A DNA stretch of 60,783 bases, counting the filler. It is 5 parts of 5 records of this genome, joined end to end, with 100 filler letters (N's around TTAATTAATTAA, not from the genome) between each part and the next. Parts side by side here need not be neighbours in the genome. Positions count along the whole stretch, not along the records: positions 41,761 to 60,783 come from DRR378314_1928; 4 more parts are not named here. One strand, given 5' to 3'. Below, one piece after another: positions 41,762 through 52,545 of this stretch; within the stretch, counting starts at the first letter, position 1; each line of letters starts with the position of its first letter. The notes under the pieces were generated by a model. The model worked only from the letters and a program-made list of their open reading frames with translations. It searched no databases and was not told the origin of the DNA. The translations under genes were made by a program, and so were the position numbers.

Positions 41762-42331
41762 GCCTGGTGGATTTCCTGGTCACCGTTCGTTGGTATGTTT
41801 ATCGCCCGCGTATCCAAGGGCCGCACGGTTCGTGAATTCGTAACGGCGGTTCTGATCGTGCCGACTGTCATTACTGTGGTCTGGATGAGTGCATTCGGGG
41901 GTTCCGCACTGGAGCAGATCCAGGACGGCATTGGTGCCTTGGCTGAAGATGGCCTGACTGACGTGTCCCTGGCGATGTTCCAGATGTTTGCCAACCTGCC
42001 GTTGGTTGCCATCTCATCCTTCGTGGGCATCGTGTTGGTGCTGGTGTTCTTCGTAACATCTTCTGATTCAGGTTCGTTGGTGGTTGATAGCATTACGGCT
42101 GGTGGTAAAACCGACGCCCCGACTGCCCAGCGTGTGTTCTGGGTCGTGATGGAAGGCGCCATTGCCGCGGCACTGATTTTCGGTGGCGGTGAAGACGCAC
42201 TGGGGGCAATCCAGGCAGCTGCCATAACGGCAGGCTTGCCATTTACGGCGGTATTGCTGGTCATGACCTGGGGGCTTCTGAAAGGCCTCACCCATGAGCG
42301 CAAACTGCTGATTGCCGAAGGTAAGCTCTGA
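41762..42331 (+). CDS. BCCT-family (betaine/choline/carnitine) transporter, 5'-partial
   Basis: AWWISWSPFVGMFIARVSKGRTVREF and FFVTSSDSG. Confidence 0.95.
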   Translation, partial: AWWISWSPFVGMFIARVSKGRTVREFVTAVLIVPTVITVVWMSAFGGSALEQIQDGIGALAEDGLTDVSLAMFQMFANLPLVAISSFVGIVLVLVFFVTSSDSGSLVVDSITAGGKTDAPTAQRVFWVVMEGAIAAALIFGGGEDALGAIQAAAITAGLPFTAVLLVMTWGLLKGLTHERKLLIAEGKL

Positions 42332-42346
42332 GAAGAGTAAGAAGAT

Positions 42347-42376
42347 AAAAAAACCGGGGTTCGCCCCGGTTTTTTT
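42347..42376. terminator. Bidirectional intrinsic terminator
   Basis: AAAAAAACCGGGG-ttcg-CCCCGGTTTTTTT. Confidence 0.9.
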
Positions 42377-42394
42377 GTGCCCGCTATTTTGGGG

Positions 42395-43348
42395 TCAGAT
42401 GTTGGAAGTGAAGGTGTCCATAGCGAATGCGGCCCTTTCTTCCGGTGTAAAGTGCGTCCTTCTTAGGGCTTCGATCTGCCTTAGGCGCGGTAACAGTCCG
42501 CGACCATTGGCCATTTGGATGGCCAGGCCGGGGCGGGCATTCAGTTCAAGCAGCAAAGGTCCTTCATGCGCGTCCACAACCAGGTCGACACCCATGTACC
42601 CCAAACCGGTTGCCTCGTAGCACCGTGACGCCATCACCAGCATTTCCCGCCAGTCATCAATCACCAGATTTTCCAGCGCCAGGCCTGTGTCGGGATGCAG
42701 GGTAATAGGCCGATTGAACTGCACTGCGTTCAGGCTGTGACCGTTAGCGATGTTCAGCCCAACACCAACAGCGCCCTGGTGCAGGTTGGCCTTGCCATCG
42801 GAAGCCGTTGTAGCCAGCCGGAGCATTGCCATCACGGGGTAACCCTGAAAGACCACGATGCGGATATCCGGTACGCCCTGGAACGAGTATTTTGCAAGTG
42901 CAGGGATGGATTCCACCAGATTTTCGACAATGGCGACGTCGGGCGTGCCCGCTAGTGAATAGAGTCCGGCCAGGATGTTCGACAGGTGGCGTTCCAGATG
43001 GCCAGTGGACACTCGCGAGCCGGAGGCCTTGACGTAATCGTCACCGTCGCGGCCGGTAATCACGGTAATGCCTTTGCCCCCGGACCCCTTGGCCGGTTTG
43101 ATGGCAAAACCGGCCAGGTCCTCCGCCATTTCGCGGAAATGGGAAATTTCGTGTTGCTGGCGAACCACCTGTAGCAGTTTGGGCGTGCGAACGTCGTACT
43201 CGGCCACCACCAGCTTGGTTTTTAGCTTGTTGTCCACCAGAGGGTACGATGAACGGCTGTTGTACCTGGCAATGTAGTCCACATTGCGGCGATTCATGTT
43301 CAGCATGCCCAGCTGATTCAATGCGAAGGGCGAGATCCAGCCCATCAT
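42395..43348 (-). CDS. Alpha-L-glutamate ligase-like ATP-grasp protein (RimK-related)
   Basis: VDNKLKTK, IKPAKGSGGKGI, GVPDIRI, ANLHQG, ELNARPGL. Confidence 0.9.
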   Translation of the reverse strand: MMGWISPFALNQLGMLNMNRRNVDYIARYNSRSSYPLVDNKLKTKLVVAEYDVRTPKLLQVVRQQHEISHFREMAEDLAGFAIKPAKGSGGKGITVITGRDGDDYVKASGSRVSTGHLERHLSNILAGLYSLAGTPDVAIVENLVESIPALAKYSFQGVPDIRIVVFQGYPVMAMLRLATTASDGKANLHQGAVGVGLNIANGHSLNAVQFNRPITLHPDTGLALENLVIDDWREMLVMASRCYEATGLGYMGVDLVVDAHEGPLLLELNARPGLAIQMANGRGLLPRLRQIEALRRTHFTPEERAAFAMDTFTSNI

Positions 43349-44862
43349 TTATACGCCTTCATCGGATAGAAACGACGGAGCTCAGAGAGCTTGTAGCCGG
43401 TGTACTGTCCCATCAGCAGAATCAGGCCCAGGACCACGAAATGCAGTTCCGGGAAGTTGAAGGTCAGGTGGCTGGCGAGGGGAGTGCTCATGATCAGGAA
43501 CGCACACACCGCGACAAACAGGCTGCCGGCACCCTGAACAAGGACCTCCCGGGCGCCTTCCTCTTCCCAGAGTATGGACATTCGCTCGATCGTCCAGGCG
43601 ATGATCACCATCGGGAAGAAGGTCACCGTCATCCCTGTGTTGAAGCCCATTTGATAGCCTGCAATGCTCAATCCGGCGGTGATAAAGATCACCAGAATGA
43701 TTAACGCCGAAATTCGTGAGACCAGCAACAGATTAAGGCTCGACAGGTAACCGCGCATGAGAAGACCAATCGCCACCACGGAAACAAAGGCAATCAGCCC
43801 TGGAATCAGAGTTGTCTGGACGAACGCCACGGCGATCAGTATGGGCATGAACGTGCCGGACGTTCTGATGCCCACGACGATGCGCATGAAGGCGACGACG
43901 AGCGCGCCCAGGGGAAGTAGCAGAAGCATCCTGAACATGCTCTGTTCTTCGATCGGCAGTTGGTAAAGGCTCAGGAACCCGAGACCGATCTCGTTAGAGT
44001 GGGCCTGGGCCAGTTGTAATGCCGGGATGGTCTGCCTGAGCATGGAGAAACTGACTTGTGAATTGTCACCACCAACCAGATCCAGCAACGAAACAGCCGC
44101 TTGTCGCCAGAGCAGTACGTGTTCCGGGAGACCCTGTTCCGCGGTTCTGGGGTTGAACGTCAGCCATCTCGAGCCGTCATAGATTTGCAGGAATGGCCGG
44201 AGTTGTTGCCGGCGCCTGGCGTCCTCCAGGGCCAGCCCGTCTGCAGTACGTGCAGGAATGCCAGCATGGTTCAGCATTCGGGTAAGAAGATCGATATAGT
44301 TCGATTCAGACACAAGCAGGGTTGTGTTCTGGGCGCCTCCGTCGGGCTGGAGCAGCTTGATCAATTCCCTGGTCATGCTTTCCGGGGTGCTGGAGCGCGC
44401 CGAGGCCTGTTGCAATAGCTCTTCCACCGCCGTCGCCTGAGGTTCTTCCCAGAAGACGGGCTCTGGTTTTGGGCGCCGTTTGGACGTAGCGCCCGGGAAG
44501 GTCTCGTCCGGTAGAATCTGCACCTTGAAATAGAGCGTTTGGGGGCCGTTGACGTCGCGTTTTGACCACTCCGCCCGACGATCGCCGGAATCTTCCACGA
44601 TGGAGAAACCATAACCGGGAGAGGCGGCTTGTTCGGAAATGATGCGGAACCCCGGTGGTTGGTCGGGAATGTTCAGGCTGGCCAATACCGGCTCTCCGGT
44701 GCCTTCAAAGTCGATCCGGGCCTCCACCATCCAGACGGGTTTCTGTTCTCCGGTAAACCACGGGATGCCAAGCTCAAGGTGCCGCCAGGTGGCGATGGAG
44801 ATGCCTGCTGCAATGAGCAAAAGGATGGCGAAAAAAAACGGAATTCGGGAGCGGGAAGTCAA
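43345..44862 (-). CDS. Inactive transglutaminase domain fused to 7 TM helices
   Basis: N-terminal TM, GIPAR..GL.LED.RRRQ, C-terminal multi-TM region with TSGTFMP and QYTGY. Confidence 0.88.
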   Translation of the reverse strand: MTSRSRIPFFFAILLLIAAGISIATWRHLELGIPWFTGEQKPVWMVEARIDFEGTGEPVLASLNIPDQPPGFRIISEQAASPGYGFSIVEDSGDRRAEWSKRDVNGPQTLYFKVQILPDETFPGATSKRRPKPEPVFWEEPQATAVEELLQQASARSSTPESMTRELIKLLQPDGGAQNTTLLVSESNYIDLLTRMLNHAGIPARTADGLALEDARRRQQLRPFLQIYDGSRWLTFNPRTAEQGLPEHVLLWRQAAVSLLDLVGGDNSQVSFSMLRQTIPALQLAQAHSNEIGLGFLSLYQLPIEEQSMFRMLLLLPLGALVVAFMRIVVGIRTSGTFMPILIAVAFVQTTLIPGLIAFVSVVAIGLLMRGYLSSLNLLLVSRISALIILVIFITAGLSIAGYQMGFNTGMTVTFFPMVIIAWTIERMSILWEEEGAREVLVQGAGSLFVAVCAFLIMSTPLASHLTFNFPELHFVVLGLILLMGQYTGYKLSELRRFYPMKAYK

Positions 44863-45650
44863 GATTCGTCACCATTGTCTTCAACAGGCAGTGAGTTGGG
44901 CAGTTCCGTCGCAAACTCCTTGCCGACATCCACCAACATAACGTCTCTCAAAATGTTGCGACCAATCAGCACCGTATGGGACATCTGCTCCCGGTTGGTC
45001 AGCGTGAATTCCGCCTGCTGCCGGTGGTTTCCAATCATGAACTGCAACTCCACGACAATGCGGCGCTCCGATTCATCGGTGCTGGACTGGATAATCCGGA
45101 CCCTGCGGGAGACCTCTCGCTCCATCGTAACCAGCTTGTCTCCCCCGGGTACCGGAACGTCGAATCGTACCCAATTGTTGCCATCGCGCTCAAAACGGGT
45201 AATGTTTCTGGCATCCAGGGATGAGGTTTCGGCGCCGCTGTCGATCCGGGCGTCGTACACCAACCCCGGCCCGGCGAGATAGAACTTCTCCAGTTCGCCA
45301 ACGATGACCTTGCCCTGGAGCCTGTCAGCTCTGCCATTTCCGGATTGACCATTGGCTGAGCAGGAAGGCGTTTTGGGGACAGGTGGGCACGCGGGTTTCT
45401 CAACTTGCTCCGAGATTGCTTCCAGAATGTTCCTGGTTGATTCCTCGTTGAGACGGGTCAGCGACTGAAAGTTTTCATCCGTCCGGTTCTCCAGGCGAAC
45501 GACCTGTTCGCCCTGATTGATGACGGAGGTATTCAGCGCGTCAAGATCCTGCTTTGGCACCATGAAGTAATGATCCGCAGCGCAGCCGGAGAGAAGTGAT
45601 AGCACAAGGCCGGCTGCAGCCAGCTTTCCAAACTCTGAACGTATAGACAA
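44859..45650 (-). CDS. Retropepsin-like aspartic peptidase lipoprotein (putative ATP-dependent Zn protease family)
   Basis: Lipobox LSGC, ARIDSGAETSS, LIGRNIL; start placed at TTG 45650. Confidence 0.85.
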   Translation of the reverse strand: MSIRSEFGKLAAAGLVLSLLSGCAADHYFMVPKQDLDALNTSVINQGEQVVRLENRTDENFQSLTRLNEESTRNILEAISEQVEKPACPPVPKTPSCSANGQSGNGRADRLQGKVIVGELEKFYLAGPGLVYDARIDSGAETSSLDARNITRFERDGNNWVRFDVPVPGGDKLVTMEREVSRRVRIIQSSTDESERRIVVELQFMIGNHRQQAEFTLTNREQMSHTVLIGRNILRDVMLVDVGKEFATELPNSLPVEDNGDES

Positions 45651-45804
45651 GATCCGAAACCCCTGAATCCACGGCTTTGATACTTTTATTACAGGTGCTG
45701 CCAGCATAATTTCTGGTGTGTTAAAACAGCCACTTGTAATCACAGGCCGGCAGTATACAACATCATACCTGTTGAGTCGGTTTACAGATCCTTAACGGCG
45801 GGTA

Positions 45805-46191
45805 TTATTGCTTGCCAGATGACTGTGACAGGAAATGGTTTTTGGCAAGGACTTCTTCGGAGCGGAGGTATTCCTGCACAACCGGTGAACAGTTCAGATA
45901 GAACAAGAGCAGTTCTCTCTGGACATCCTGGTCCTGAATGCGCGACGCAAAGTGGATCAGGTCTCGGATGGATTCATCCCCGTTGTTCTGGAAGGTTTTG
46001 CCGTAGCGTCCTTTCAGGATGTTGGTCAGCCGTTCCAGATGAAACTCTCCCGTATGTGTCATATGCGGAAGAATGCGGAAACCGCCGTGGCTGGCTTTCG
46101 CCCCGGATCTGCGGTCTGCGCCGTCTTCCGCATCCGAACATCCGGAATGGGAGAACTCCGATCCCAGTTTTCTCCAAAGCTCTTTGAGCAT
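45805..46191 (-). CDS. Hypothetical protein
   Basis: 128-aa ORF with AGGA RBS; no recognised motif. Confidence 0.55.
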   Translation of the reverse strand: MLKELWRKLGSEFSHSGCSDAEDGADRRSGAKASHGGFRILPHMTHTGEFHLERLTNILKGRYGKTFQNNGDESIRDLIHFASRIQDQDVQRELLLFYLNCSPVVQEYLRSEEVLAKNHFLSQSSGKQ

Positions 46192-46433
46192 GTTGATTTC
46201 CTGTCCTTTATACTGCTCCTGGACCTTGGCACCCGGCTGCAAACCAGCCATTCTGTCGGTAGACGGGCTACATCACCCTTTTAGATGATATTACGTTCCG
46301 AGTCCAGACCCGGATGCTATGGGCCGACAAATTTGCCAATCAGTCCACCAGAACAGGTTAACGGGGAGCCTTTGACGTGCGTGCGGGCAAAAAGGTTCCG
46401 CCAATACGGTAAACTATTGTTCTATCGTAATGT

Positions 46434-48032
46434 TTGAGTCACTTATTGAAGGAGATCGGGGTGCCCGAGGCAATCATCGATATCGTGGGGGGGCGGCCGG
46501 CAACCATTACCTTGCTGATTATGCTGGCGTTAGCGCTGTGCCTTCTGGCATGGCTGGCTGTGAAAGGAAATCGAGCCAAAGCGGCCCTTCGTGATCTTGA
46601 GTACGCGCGGGCGATGGAGCAGCAACGCTTTCATCAACTCGAAACAGCGCTCGAGGATGAATCAACACGGGTGGAACAGGCCGGGCTCGATGGCGAGCAA
46701 TGGCGGCAACGAGCGACGACACTGGAAAATCGGGTGGCCGGGCTGGAATCCGAGAGTAAGGCCCGTCTGGCGCGTATTGAGCAGTTGGAAGCAGAAAGGC
46801 AGTCCCAGCAACGGCGTGCTGACGAGCTCTCGCGCGAACTCGGAGATGCCCGCGTTTCTCTGCGTGAGCAGGAAGTGACGCTGGATAAGGAGCGCCGCGC
46901 AACCACGGAGAAACTGGAACTGCTGGAACGCAACCGTGATGCGTTGAAACAGGAGTTCGAGAATCTCGCCAATCGTATTTTCGAGCAGAAGAGCGAACGC
47001 TTCAGCCAACAGACCCGCACCAGTATCGATACTTTGCTGAATCCCTTCCGGGATCAACTTCAGGATTTCCGCAAGCGGGTGGAAGATGTCTACACCACCG
47101 AAACGCGGGATCGACAGGCACTGAGAAGTGAGATCAAGTCGCTGCAGGAGCTGAATCGCCAGATTACGGAAGAAGCCTCCAACCTCACGAAGGCCCTTAA
47201 GGGCGACAAGAAAATCCAGGGCAACTGGGGTGAGCTGATTCTGGAGCGCGTGCTTGAGCGTTCCGGGTTGCGAAAGGGCATCGAATACGAAACCCAGGGC
47301 AGCTATCGAGATGACAACAACCAGTTGCTGAGGCCGGATGTCATTGTTCACCTGCCGGATAGCCGGAACCTGGTGGTGGATTCCAAGGTGTCATTGTTGG
47401 CGTACCAGCAATGGGCAACAGAAGAGGACGAGACCGCCAGGGAAGAGGCCCTTCGCCAGCATGTCGACGCTGTGCGAAATCATATACGCGCCCTGAGTGA
47501 GAAGGACTACAGCCAGCTCCATGGCTTGCACTCGCCGGATTTTGTGTTCCTTTTCATGCCGATTGAGCCGGCTTTTGTGGCTGCCTTTCAACAGGACGAG
47601 AACCTATTCGCAGAAGCTTTCGAACGAAAGATTATTGTGGTGACACCCACCACCTTGCTTGCCACTCTGCGCACTATTGAGAACATCTGGCGATACGAGC
47701 GTCAAAGCCAGAATGCTCGCAGGATTGCCGACCGGGCCGGCGCGGTGTACGACAAGCTGCGGGTGTTTGTGGAAGCAATGGAAAAGTTGGGAACCCAGCT
47801 GCACACTGCGCAGGGAACCTATGACTCTGCGATGAACACGCTCACTCGTGGTCGTGGAAACCTTATCTCACAGGCTAACCGCTTTGTGGAGTTGGGGGTT
47901 CGTGTTAAAAAAGAACTCCCGAAATCGATTTTGGATCAGGCGGAAGTGGATGCCGATGGTGGTGATGACCCCAGCGATCCGGTAGAGCCCCTGGCGGACG
48001 AAGACACCGTTGGGGACAATCAGCAGGAGTAA
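46434..48032 (+). CDS. rmuC: DNA recombination protein RmuC
   Basis: TM plus coiled coil; QGNWGELILERVLE, RPDVIV.LP, VDSK, PTTLLATLR. Confidence 0.95.
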   Translation: MSHLLKEIGVPEAIIDIVGGRPATITLLIMLALALCLLAWLAVKGNRAKAALRDLEYARAMEQQRFHQLETALEDESTRVEQAGLDGEQWRQRATTLENRVAGLESESKARLARIEQLEAERQSQQRRADELSRELGDARVSLREQEVTLDKERRATTEKLELLERNRDALKQEFENLANRIFEQKSERFSQQTRTSIDTLLNPFRDQLQDFRKRVEDVYTTETRDRQALRSEIKSLQELNRQITEEASNLTKALKGDKKIQGNWGELILERVLERSGLRKGIEYETQGSYRDDNNQLLRPDVIVHLPDSRNLVVDSKVSLLAYQQWATEEDETAREEALRQHVDAVRNHIRALSEKDYSQLHGLHSPDFVFLFMPIEPAFVAAFQQDENLFAEAFERKIIVVTPTTLLATLRTIENIWRYERQSQNARRIADRAGAVYDKLRVFVEAMEKLGTQLHTAQGTYDSAMNTLTRGRGNLISQANRFVELGVRVKKELPKSILDQAEVDADGGDDPSDPVEPLADEDTVGDNQQE

Positions 48033-48037
48033 ACGAG

Positions 48038-48898
48038 ATGGTTAAGATAACCCGAGTCGGGCGTTGTTCAGTAAGTGGTTTTGTTTTGGCATCCCTACTG
48101 ATGGCCGGTCAGGTTAGTGCCCTGGAGCCTGAGCATGAAACCCGGCGATTGATGCTTGCCACCGAAGAGGCGGTCGCCGCTGAGAGCTGGGGCGAGGCAG
48201 GCGAATACCTGAACCGCCTCCAGCAGTTGGAAGGGCAGAAGCCGGCGAACTACTTTTACTACCGTGGCCGTGTGATGCTGGAATCAGATCATTACAATGA
48301 AGCACAGGCAGCGCTGGAAAAATACGTCAGTCTTGCGGGTAGCGAGGGCAACCACTACACAGATGCCCTCAAATTGATAACCAGTGTCGAGAAAGCCCGT
48401 CAGCAAGAGGGCGCGAATGCCAACAACAATGGGGCGCTCGATCCTGACCCGGTTGCGATCATTGAGCCGGCTGGCGACCAGGCGCTGGGGGAACTCAGGG
48501 AGCTCTATCTGGCGGATTCGAACGCCGAAGCGTTGGTGATTCATGCCAATACGCTCCTGGACGTTGCGGGTTGGCGCGAGGATCAGCGAATCGTCAGGCT
48601 GGACCGCCCTGCCGATGTGTCGTACCAGATTGAACGGCTGAACGACACGATCAGTATTCAGGAATCGCGACGTGAGTCGGGTGGTCGGGTGGTCAGGACC
48701 ACCGAGTCCATGGGCGTGTTCGGGGTCAATCCCCAGATTGAATGGAACTGCGAGAGTTCAACCGCCAGTTGCTGGATCTACGATCCGCGCGATGGCTCGC
48801 GGCTGATGAAGCTGAGCCAGGACCGCGAGCGGGCCGAAGAAATCGCCCGTACCCTGGGTCGTCTCATCCGAACCATGCAAAGCCCTGGTCAATCCTGA
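48038..48898 (+). CDS. Secreted TPR-like hypothetical protein
   Basis: Signal peptide; helical repeat YFYYRGRV...YNEAQAALEKY. Confidence 0.65.
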   Translation: MVKITRVGRCSVSGFVLASLLMAGQVSALEPEHETRRLMLATEEAVAAESWGEAGEYLNRLQQLEGQKPANYFYYRGRVMLESDHYNEAQAALEKYVSLAGSEGNHYTDALKLITSVEKARQQEGANANNNGALDPDPVAIIEPAGDQALGELRELYLADSNAEALVIHANTLLDVAGWREDQRIVRLDRPADVSYQIERLNDTISIQESRRESGGRVVRTTESMGVFGVNPQIEWNCESSTASCWIYDPRDGSRLMKLSQDRERAEEIARTLGRLIRTMQSPGQS

Positions 48899-49908
48899 AG
48901 CTGCCCCCGCTCGCCTTCCCGGTAAGCTCCGGGGGTGACGCCGGTCCACTTCTTGAAAGCACGGTGGAACGTAGAGGGTTCGGTGAATCCCACCCGAAAT
49001 GCAATGTCATTGATCGGCAGGTCTGGCCGGGAAAGGTAATAAATAGCCATATCCCGGCGAAGCAGGTCCTTTATCTCCTGAAAGGAGGTGTTTTCCTGCT
49101 TTAATCGTCGGCGAAGGGTTTGCGGACTTGTATGAAGTTCTGTGGCGATCCATTCGAAGTCGGGCAGGGCACGGGCGAAATCCCTGCCAATAAGTGCACG
49201 AATGCGTCCGGTGTAGGTGTTGCTTTCGTCCGGGCGCGATAGCAGGTCGGCCGGTGAGGTTTTCAGAAACTGCCGCATCTCTGGCTTATCGCGTATCACG
49301 GGGGCCTGCAGAAAGCGCTTGTCGAACGTCAGCGCTGTTTCATTGGCTTCGAACGACAGCGGGCAATGGAAAATATGCCGGTATTCGTCCCCGTGAGGCG
49401 GTCTTGGGTAGCTGAATTCCGCTTTGAGCAACTCCACCGGTTGCCCGATCAACCAGCTTCCAAGACGATGCCAGATGACGAGTATGCTTTCCCTGAAAAA
49501 GTGCATCGGGTCATGGAGTTCCCCCTCAATCACCGTTACCAGTCGTGCCGTCGTGTCGTTCACTTCCAGTCGCATGCTCACCATGGGGTCGAATAGTCGA
49601 CAGAAGTCGAACGCCTGGCGATAAACGGCCTCCAGATTAGGGCAATCGATAACCAGTGCGCACATGGTGGCGAACGTGCCGGTACGACAGCGTCGTGGGC
49701 CAAGGCCCATAAACTCGTCTTCCATTGCGTTCCAGGCGGCTTGCATGAGGCGACTGTATTGTGTGCTGCTGACCCGAGCCATCTCTATCCTGAGCAGGTC
49801 TGGTGAGATTCCGGCTTCACGCAGCATCGCCCGCGTATCAATTCCCGCCCTCTCGGCGCCAACCAATGCGGCTTCCACGAAGTGTCTGGAAACGGTGAGT
49901 TCCGACAT
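48889..49908 (-). CDS. AraC-family transcriptional regulator
   Basis: TLRRRL...VGFTEPSTFHRAFKKWTGVTP; start at MSELTV. Confidence 0.93.
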   Translation of the reverse strand: MSELTVSRHFVEAALVGAERAGIDTRAMLREAGISPDLLRIEMARVSSTQYSRLMQAAWNAMEDEFMGLGPRRCRTGTFATMCALVIDCPNLEAVYRQAFDFCRLFDPMVSMRLEVNDTTARLVTVIEGELHDPMHFFRESILVIWHRLGSWLIGQPVELLKAEFSYPRPPHGDEYRHIFHCPLSFEANETALTFDKRFLQAPVIRDKPEMRQFLKTSPADLLSRPDESNTYTGRIRALIGRDFARALPDFEWIATELHTSPQTLRRRLKQENTSFQEIKDLLRRDMAIYYLSRPDLPINDIAFRVGFTEPSTFHRAFKKWTGVTPGAYREGERGQLQD

Positions 49909-50086
49909 GTCATCCTTTATCCTTGTTGAACGAAGCCCATCATAAAACCCCTTGGGTACAATGCAACCATCACTCCTGGCCCACCTTGGAAGAAATGGCC
50001 AATTGGAATGATGGAACCGGCAGTTGGCCCCGCGGGGAAAACAGGTCAGCATCAGGTCTTTCCCAAACATACAGAAGGAGGTTTGC

Positions 50087-51205
50087 ATGCCCGGCCCACT
50101 GAGCAACCTGAAGGTTCTGGATTTCAGTACCTTGCTGCCTGGCCCCTACGCCACCATGCTGCTGGCGGATATGGGGGCGGACGTACTGAGAGTGGAAGCC
50201 CCGGGCCGCCTGGACCTGACCCGTGTGATGCCGCCGCTTGAAGACGGCGTCAGCACGTCCCACACCTTTCTCAACAGGGGTAAACGATCCCTTGGGCTGG
50301 ATTTAAAGCAAGAGGGGAGTGCAGATGTCGTCAAACGGTTGGTGGCAGAGTACGACGTGGTGATTGAGCAATTTCGCCCCGGCGTCATGGATCGGCTCGG
50401 GATTGGTTATGACACCCTCAAAGCCATCAACCCGAACCTTATCTACTGCGCGATTACCGGCTACGGCCAGACTGGTCCCTACAAAGATCGGGCAGGGCAT
50501 GATATCAACTACCTGTCCCTCGCCGGTGTCTCCAGCCACTGTGGACGCCGGGAAACCGGTCCACCACCGCTGGGAATACAGGTCGCTGATGTGGCGGGTG
50601 GGTCCCACCATGCCGTCATGGGTATCCTGGCGGCTGTGATTCATCGTCAGCAAACTGGAGAGGGGCAATTTGTCGATATCAGCATGACCGATGCCGCTTT
50701 CGCCCTGAATACGATGGCCGGAGCAGCGGCTTTGGCGGGTGGCCAGGAGCAGACTGCGGAGGGCTCCATGCTCAACGGTGGTACCTTCTACGACTACTAC
50801 CAGACCAGCGATGGTCGGTGGTTGTCCGTGGGCAGTCTGGAGCCTCAGTTCTCAGGCCGGCTATGTGATGCAGTGGGTATTCCCGACATGAAGAGCCTTG
50901 CCCTTAGCCAGAACCCGGAGCACCAACAGACAATCCGAGAGGCGTTGCAATCCTCCATTGCACAAAAAACGCTGGCACAATGGAGGGATGTATTTTCGGA
51001 CGTTGATGCGTGCGTGGAGCCAGTGCTGACCATATCCGAGGCTGCCGAACACCCTCAAATGAAAGCGCGCAGCATGGTTATTGAGGTGGCGAAAGAGGGC
51101 GGGGGGACCCAAACGCAGATTGGCCACCCGATCAAGTTCAGTGCCACCCCCTGTGAAAGCCGTTACACCGGGCGAAAACTGGGGGCCGACAACGGCGATT
51201 TCTGA
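50087..51205 (+). CDS. Family III CoA transferase (CaiB/BaiF, alpha-methylacyl-CoA racemase-like)
   Basis: LPGPYA..LLADMGA, NRGKRS, FRPGVM, GHDINY, VADVAGG; AGGAGG RBS. Confidence 0.93.
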   Translation: MPGPLSNLKVLDFSTLLPGPYATMLLADMGADVLRVEAPGRLDLTRVMPPLEDGVSTSHTFLNRGKRSLGLDLKQEGSADVVKRLVAEYDVVIEQFRPGVMDRLGIGYDTLKAINPNLIYCAITGYGQTGPYKDRAGHDINYLSLAGVSSHCGRRETGPPPLGIQVADVAGGSHHAVMGILAAVIHRQQTGEGQFVDISMTDAAFALNTMAGAAALAGGQEQTAEGSMLNGGTFYDYYQTSDGRWLSVGSLEPQFSGRLCDAVGIPDMKSLALSQNPEHQQTIREALQSSIAQKTLAQWRDVFSDVDACVEPVLTISEAAEHPQMKARSMVIEVAKEGGGTQTQIGHPIKFSATPCESRYTGRKLGADNGDF

Positions 51206-52335
51206 GGCACCTTGGCGGAGGCCTGTTTCACATTATTGCGGCCATCGTGTTTTGCCGCATACAGTGCCTGATCGGCCCTGAGCAGGGTATCGTCTGTGCT
51301 TTCTTCACGGTGATACTCTGCCACGCCAATCGATACGGTGACCCGGAAACCGTCCCAGATTTCGGGAAACGTCAGGCGCTCTATGGCTTGACGTACTCTT
51401 TCCGCCTTGATGTGCGCGCCCTCAAGCGGTGTCTGGGGCAGGACCAGCAGGAACTCTTCACCCCCGTATCGGCCAAAACAGTCGATGGTTCTCAGCCCGT
51501 CCGTCACTGAGCGGGCAACGGCCTGTAGTATTGTATCCCCTGCCTGATGCCCGTAAGTGTCGTTCACCTCTTTGAAGTGGTCGATATCCATCAGGCAAAT
51601 GGAAAACGAGCCCGGCATTCGGCTATAGCGGTTGCATTCCTCTGTAATCACCTCGAACAGTCTTCGGCGATTGTAGACGCCGGTCAGTTCGTCCACGTTT
51701 ACCAGTTCCCGAATCTGCTCCATGGCTTCGCCCAACTCCAGATTTCGTTGCCTTAGCTTGCCCCGAAGAGTGCTGATGAAGCCGCCAATCACCGTTATTT
51801 CCGCCATCACCAGTGCGAAGGCGACCGTTTGCAGGATTTCCAGTTCACTGTTGAGTACTTCAGGGCGGTACGCCCATAGACCGAGATGAAGGAGGCCATA
51901 CAAGGCGAAAAACCACACCCCTACAACAATGAACTGGCGCGTTGTCAGCGCCAGAATGCCAAACAGCATTGGTACGACTGCAATCAACAGGAAGATGGCA
52001 CGGGCCTGACCTGCCTCCAGGAAAGCCATGACCCATATAGGGGGAAGCAAGGACACGATCATTTGTGCCGATGTCATGCTTGGATCATGGAATTTCAGGT
52101 TTCGACCCGTATGAATCAGCCACCAAAAGGTAGCGTTGATCAGTGAGGCAAATACCAGAAATCCGCCAGTAACGGGCAGCGAGATCATGCCCTGCACCCA
52201 GCAGTAAACAACGATGCTGAAGGTGACCAGGTAGGATGCAAACGACATAGTCAGTCGCCTAAGGCGAAGCGCCTGGTCACGCTTTAAATCTTGGACCGGA
52301 GCTTCACTGGCTCCGGTGCTTTCTGGTTGGCTCAT
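51163..52335 (-). CDS. Membrane-bound diguanylate cyclase
   Basis: About 6 TM helices, DELTG, RTID I-site, GGEEF. Confidence 0.92.
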   Translation of the reverse strand: MSQPESTGASEAPVQDLKRDQALRLRRLTMSFASYLVTFSIVVYCWVQGMISLPVTGGFLVFASLINATFWWLIHTGRNLKFHDPSMTSAQMIVSLLPPIWVMAFLEAGQARAIFLLIAVVPMLFGILALTTRQFIVVGVWFFALYGLLHLGLWAYRPEVLNSELEILQTVAFALVMAEITVIGGFISTLRGKLRQRNLELGEAMEQIRELVNVDELTGVYNRRRLFEVITEECNRYSRMPGSFSICLMDIDHFKEVNDTYGHQAGDTILQAVARSVTDGLRTIDCFGRYGGEEFLLVLPQTPLEGAHIKAERVRQAIERLTFPEIWDGFRVTVSIGVAEYHREESTDDTLLRADQALYAAKHDGRNNVKQASAKVPQKSPLSAPSFRPV

Positions 52336-52545
52336 AGGCTTTTTGTTTTTGAAATGAAGGAAATAAGCAGCGCAAACCGAAATAGTGCCACGCTCAACAA
52401 ACAGGATATGCGAAATGAATCATAATGCCACCCGAATAAAAAGTGAATCCTACGTCAGTTCTTAGCTAAAGAGTGGGTTGTCTGCTAATTTGTGAGAGTG
52501 AGTCACCTTTGGCTCATACATAACAATCACAATGGACAAATCACT

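Noticed and set aside
51163-51205. 43-nt tail-to-tail overlap of the CoA transferase and DGC genes
   Set aside because: Short convergent overlaps are common and both catalytic domains are intact
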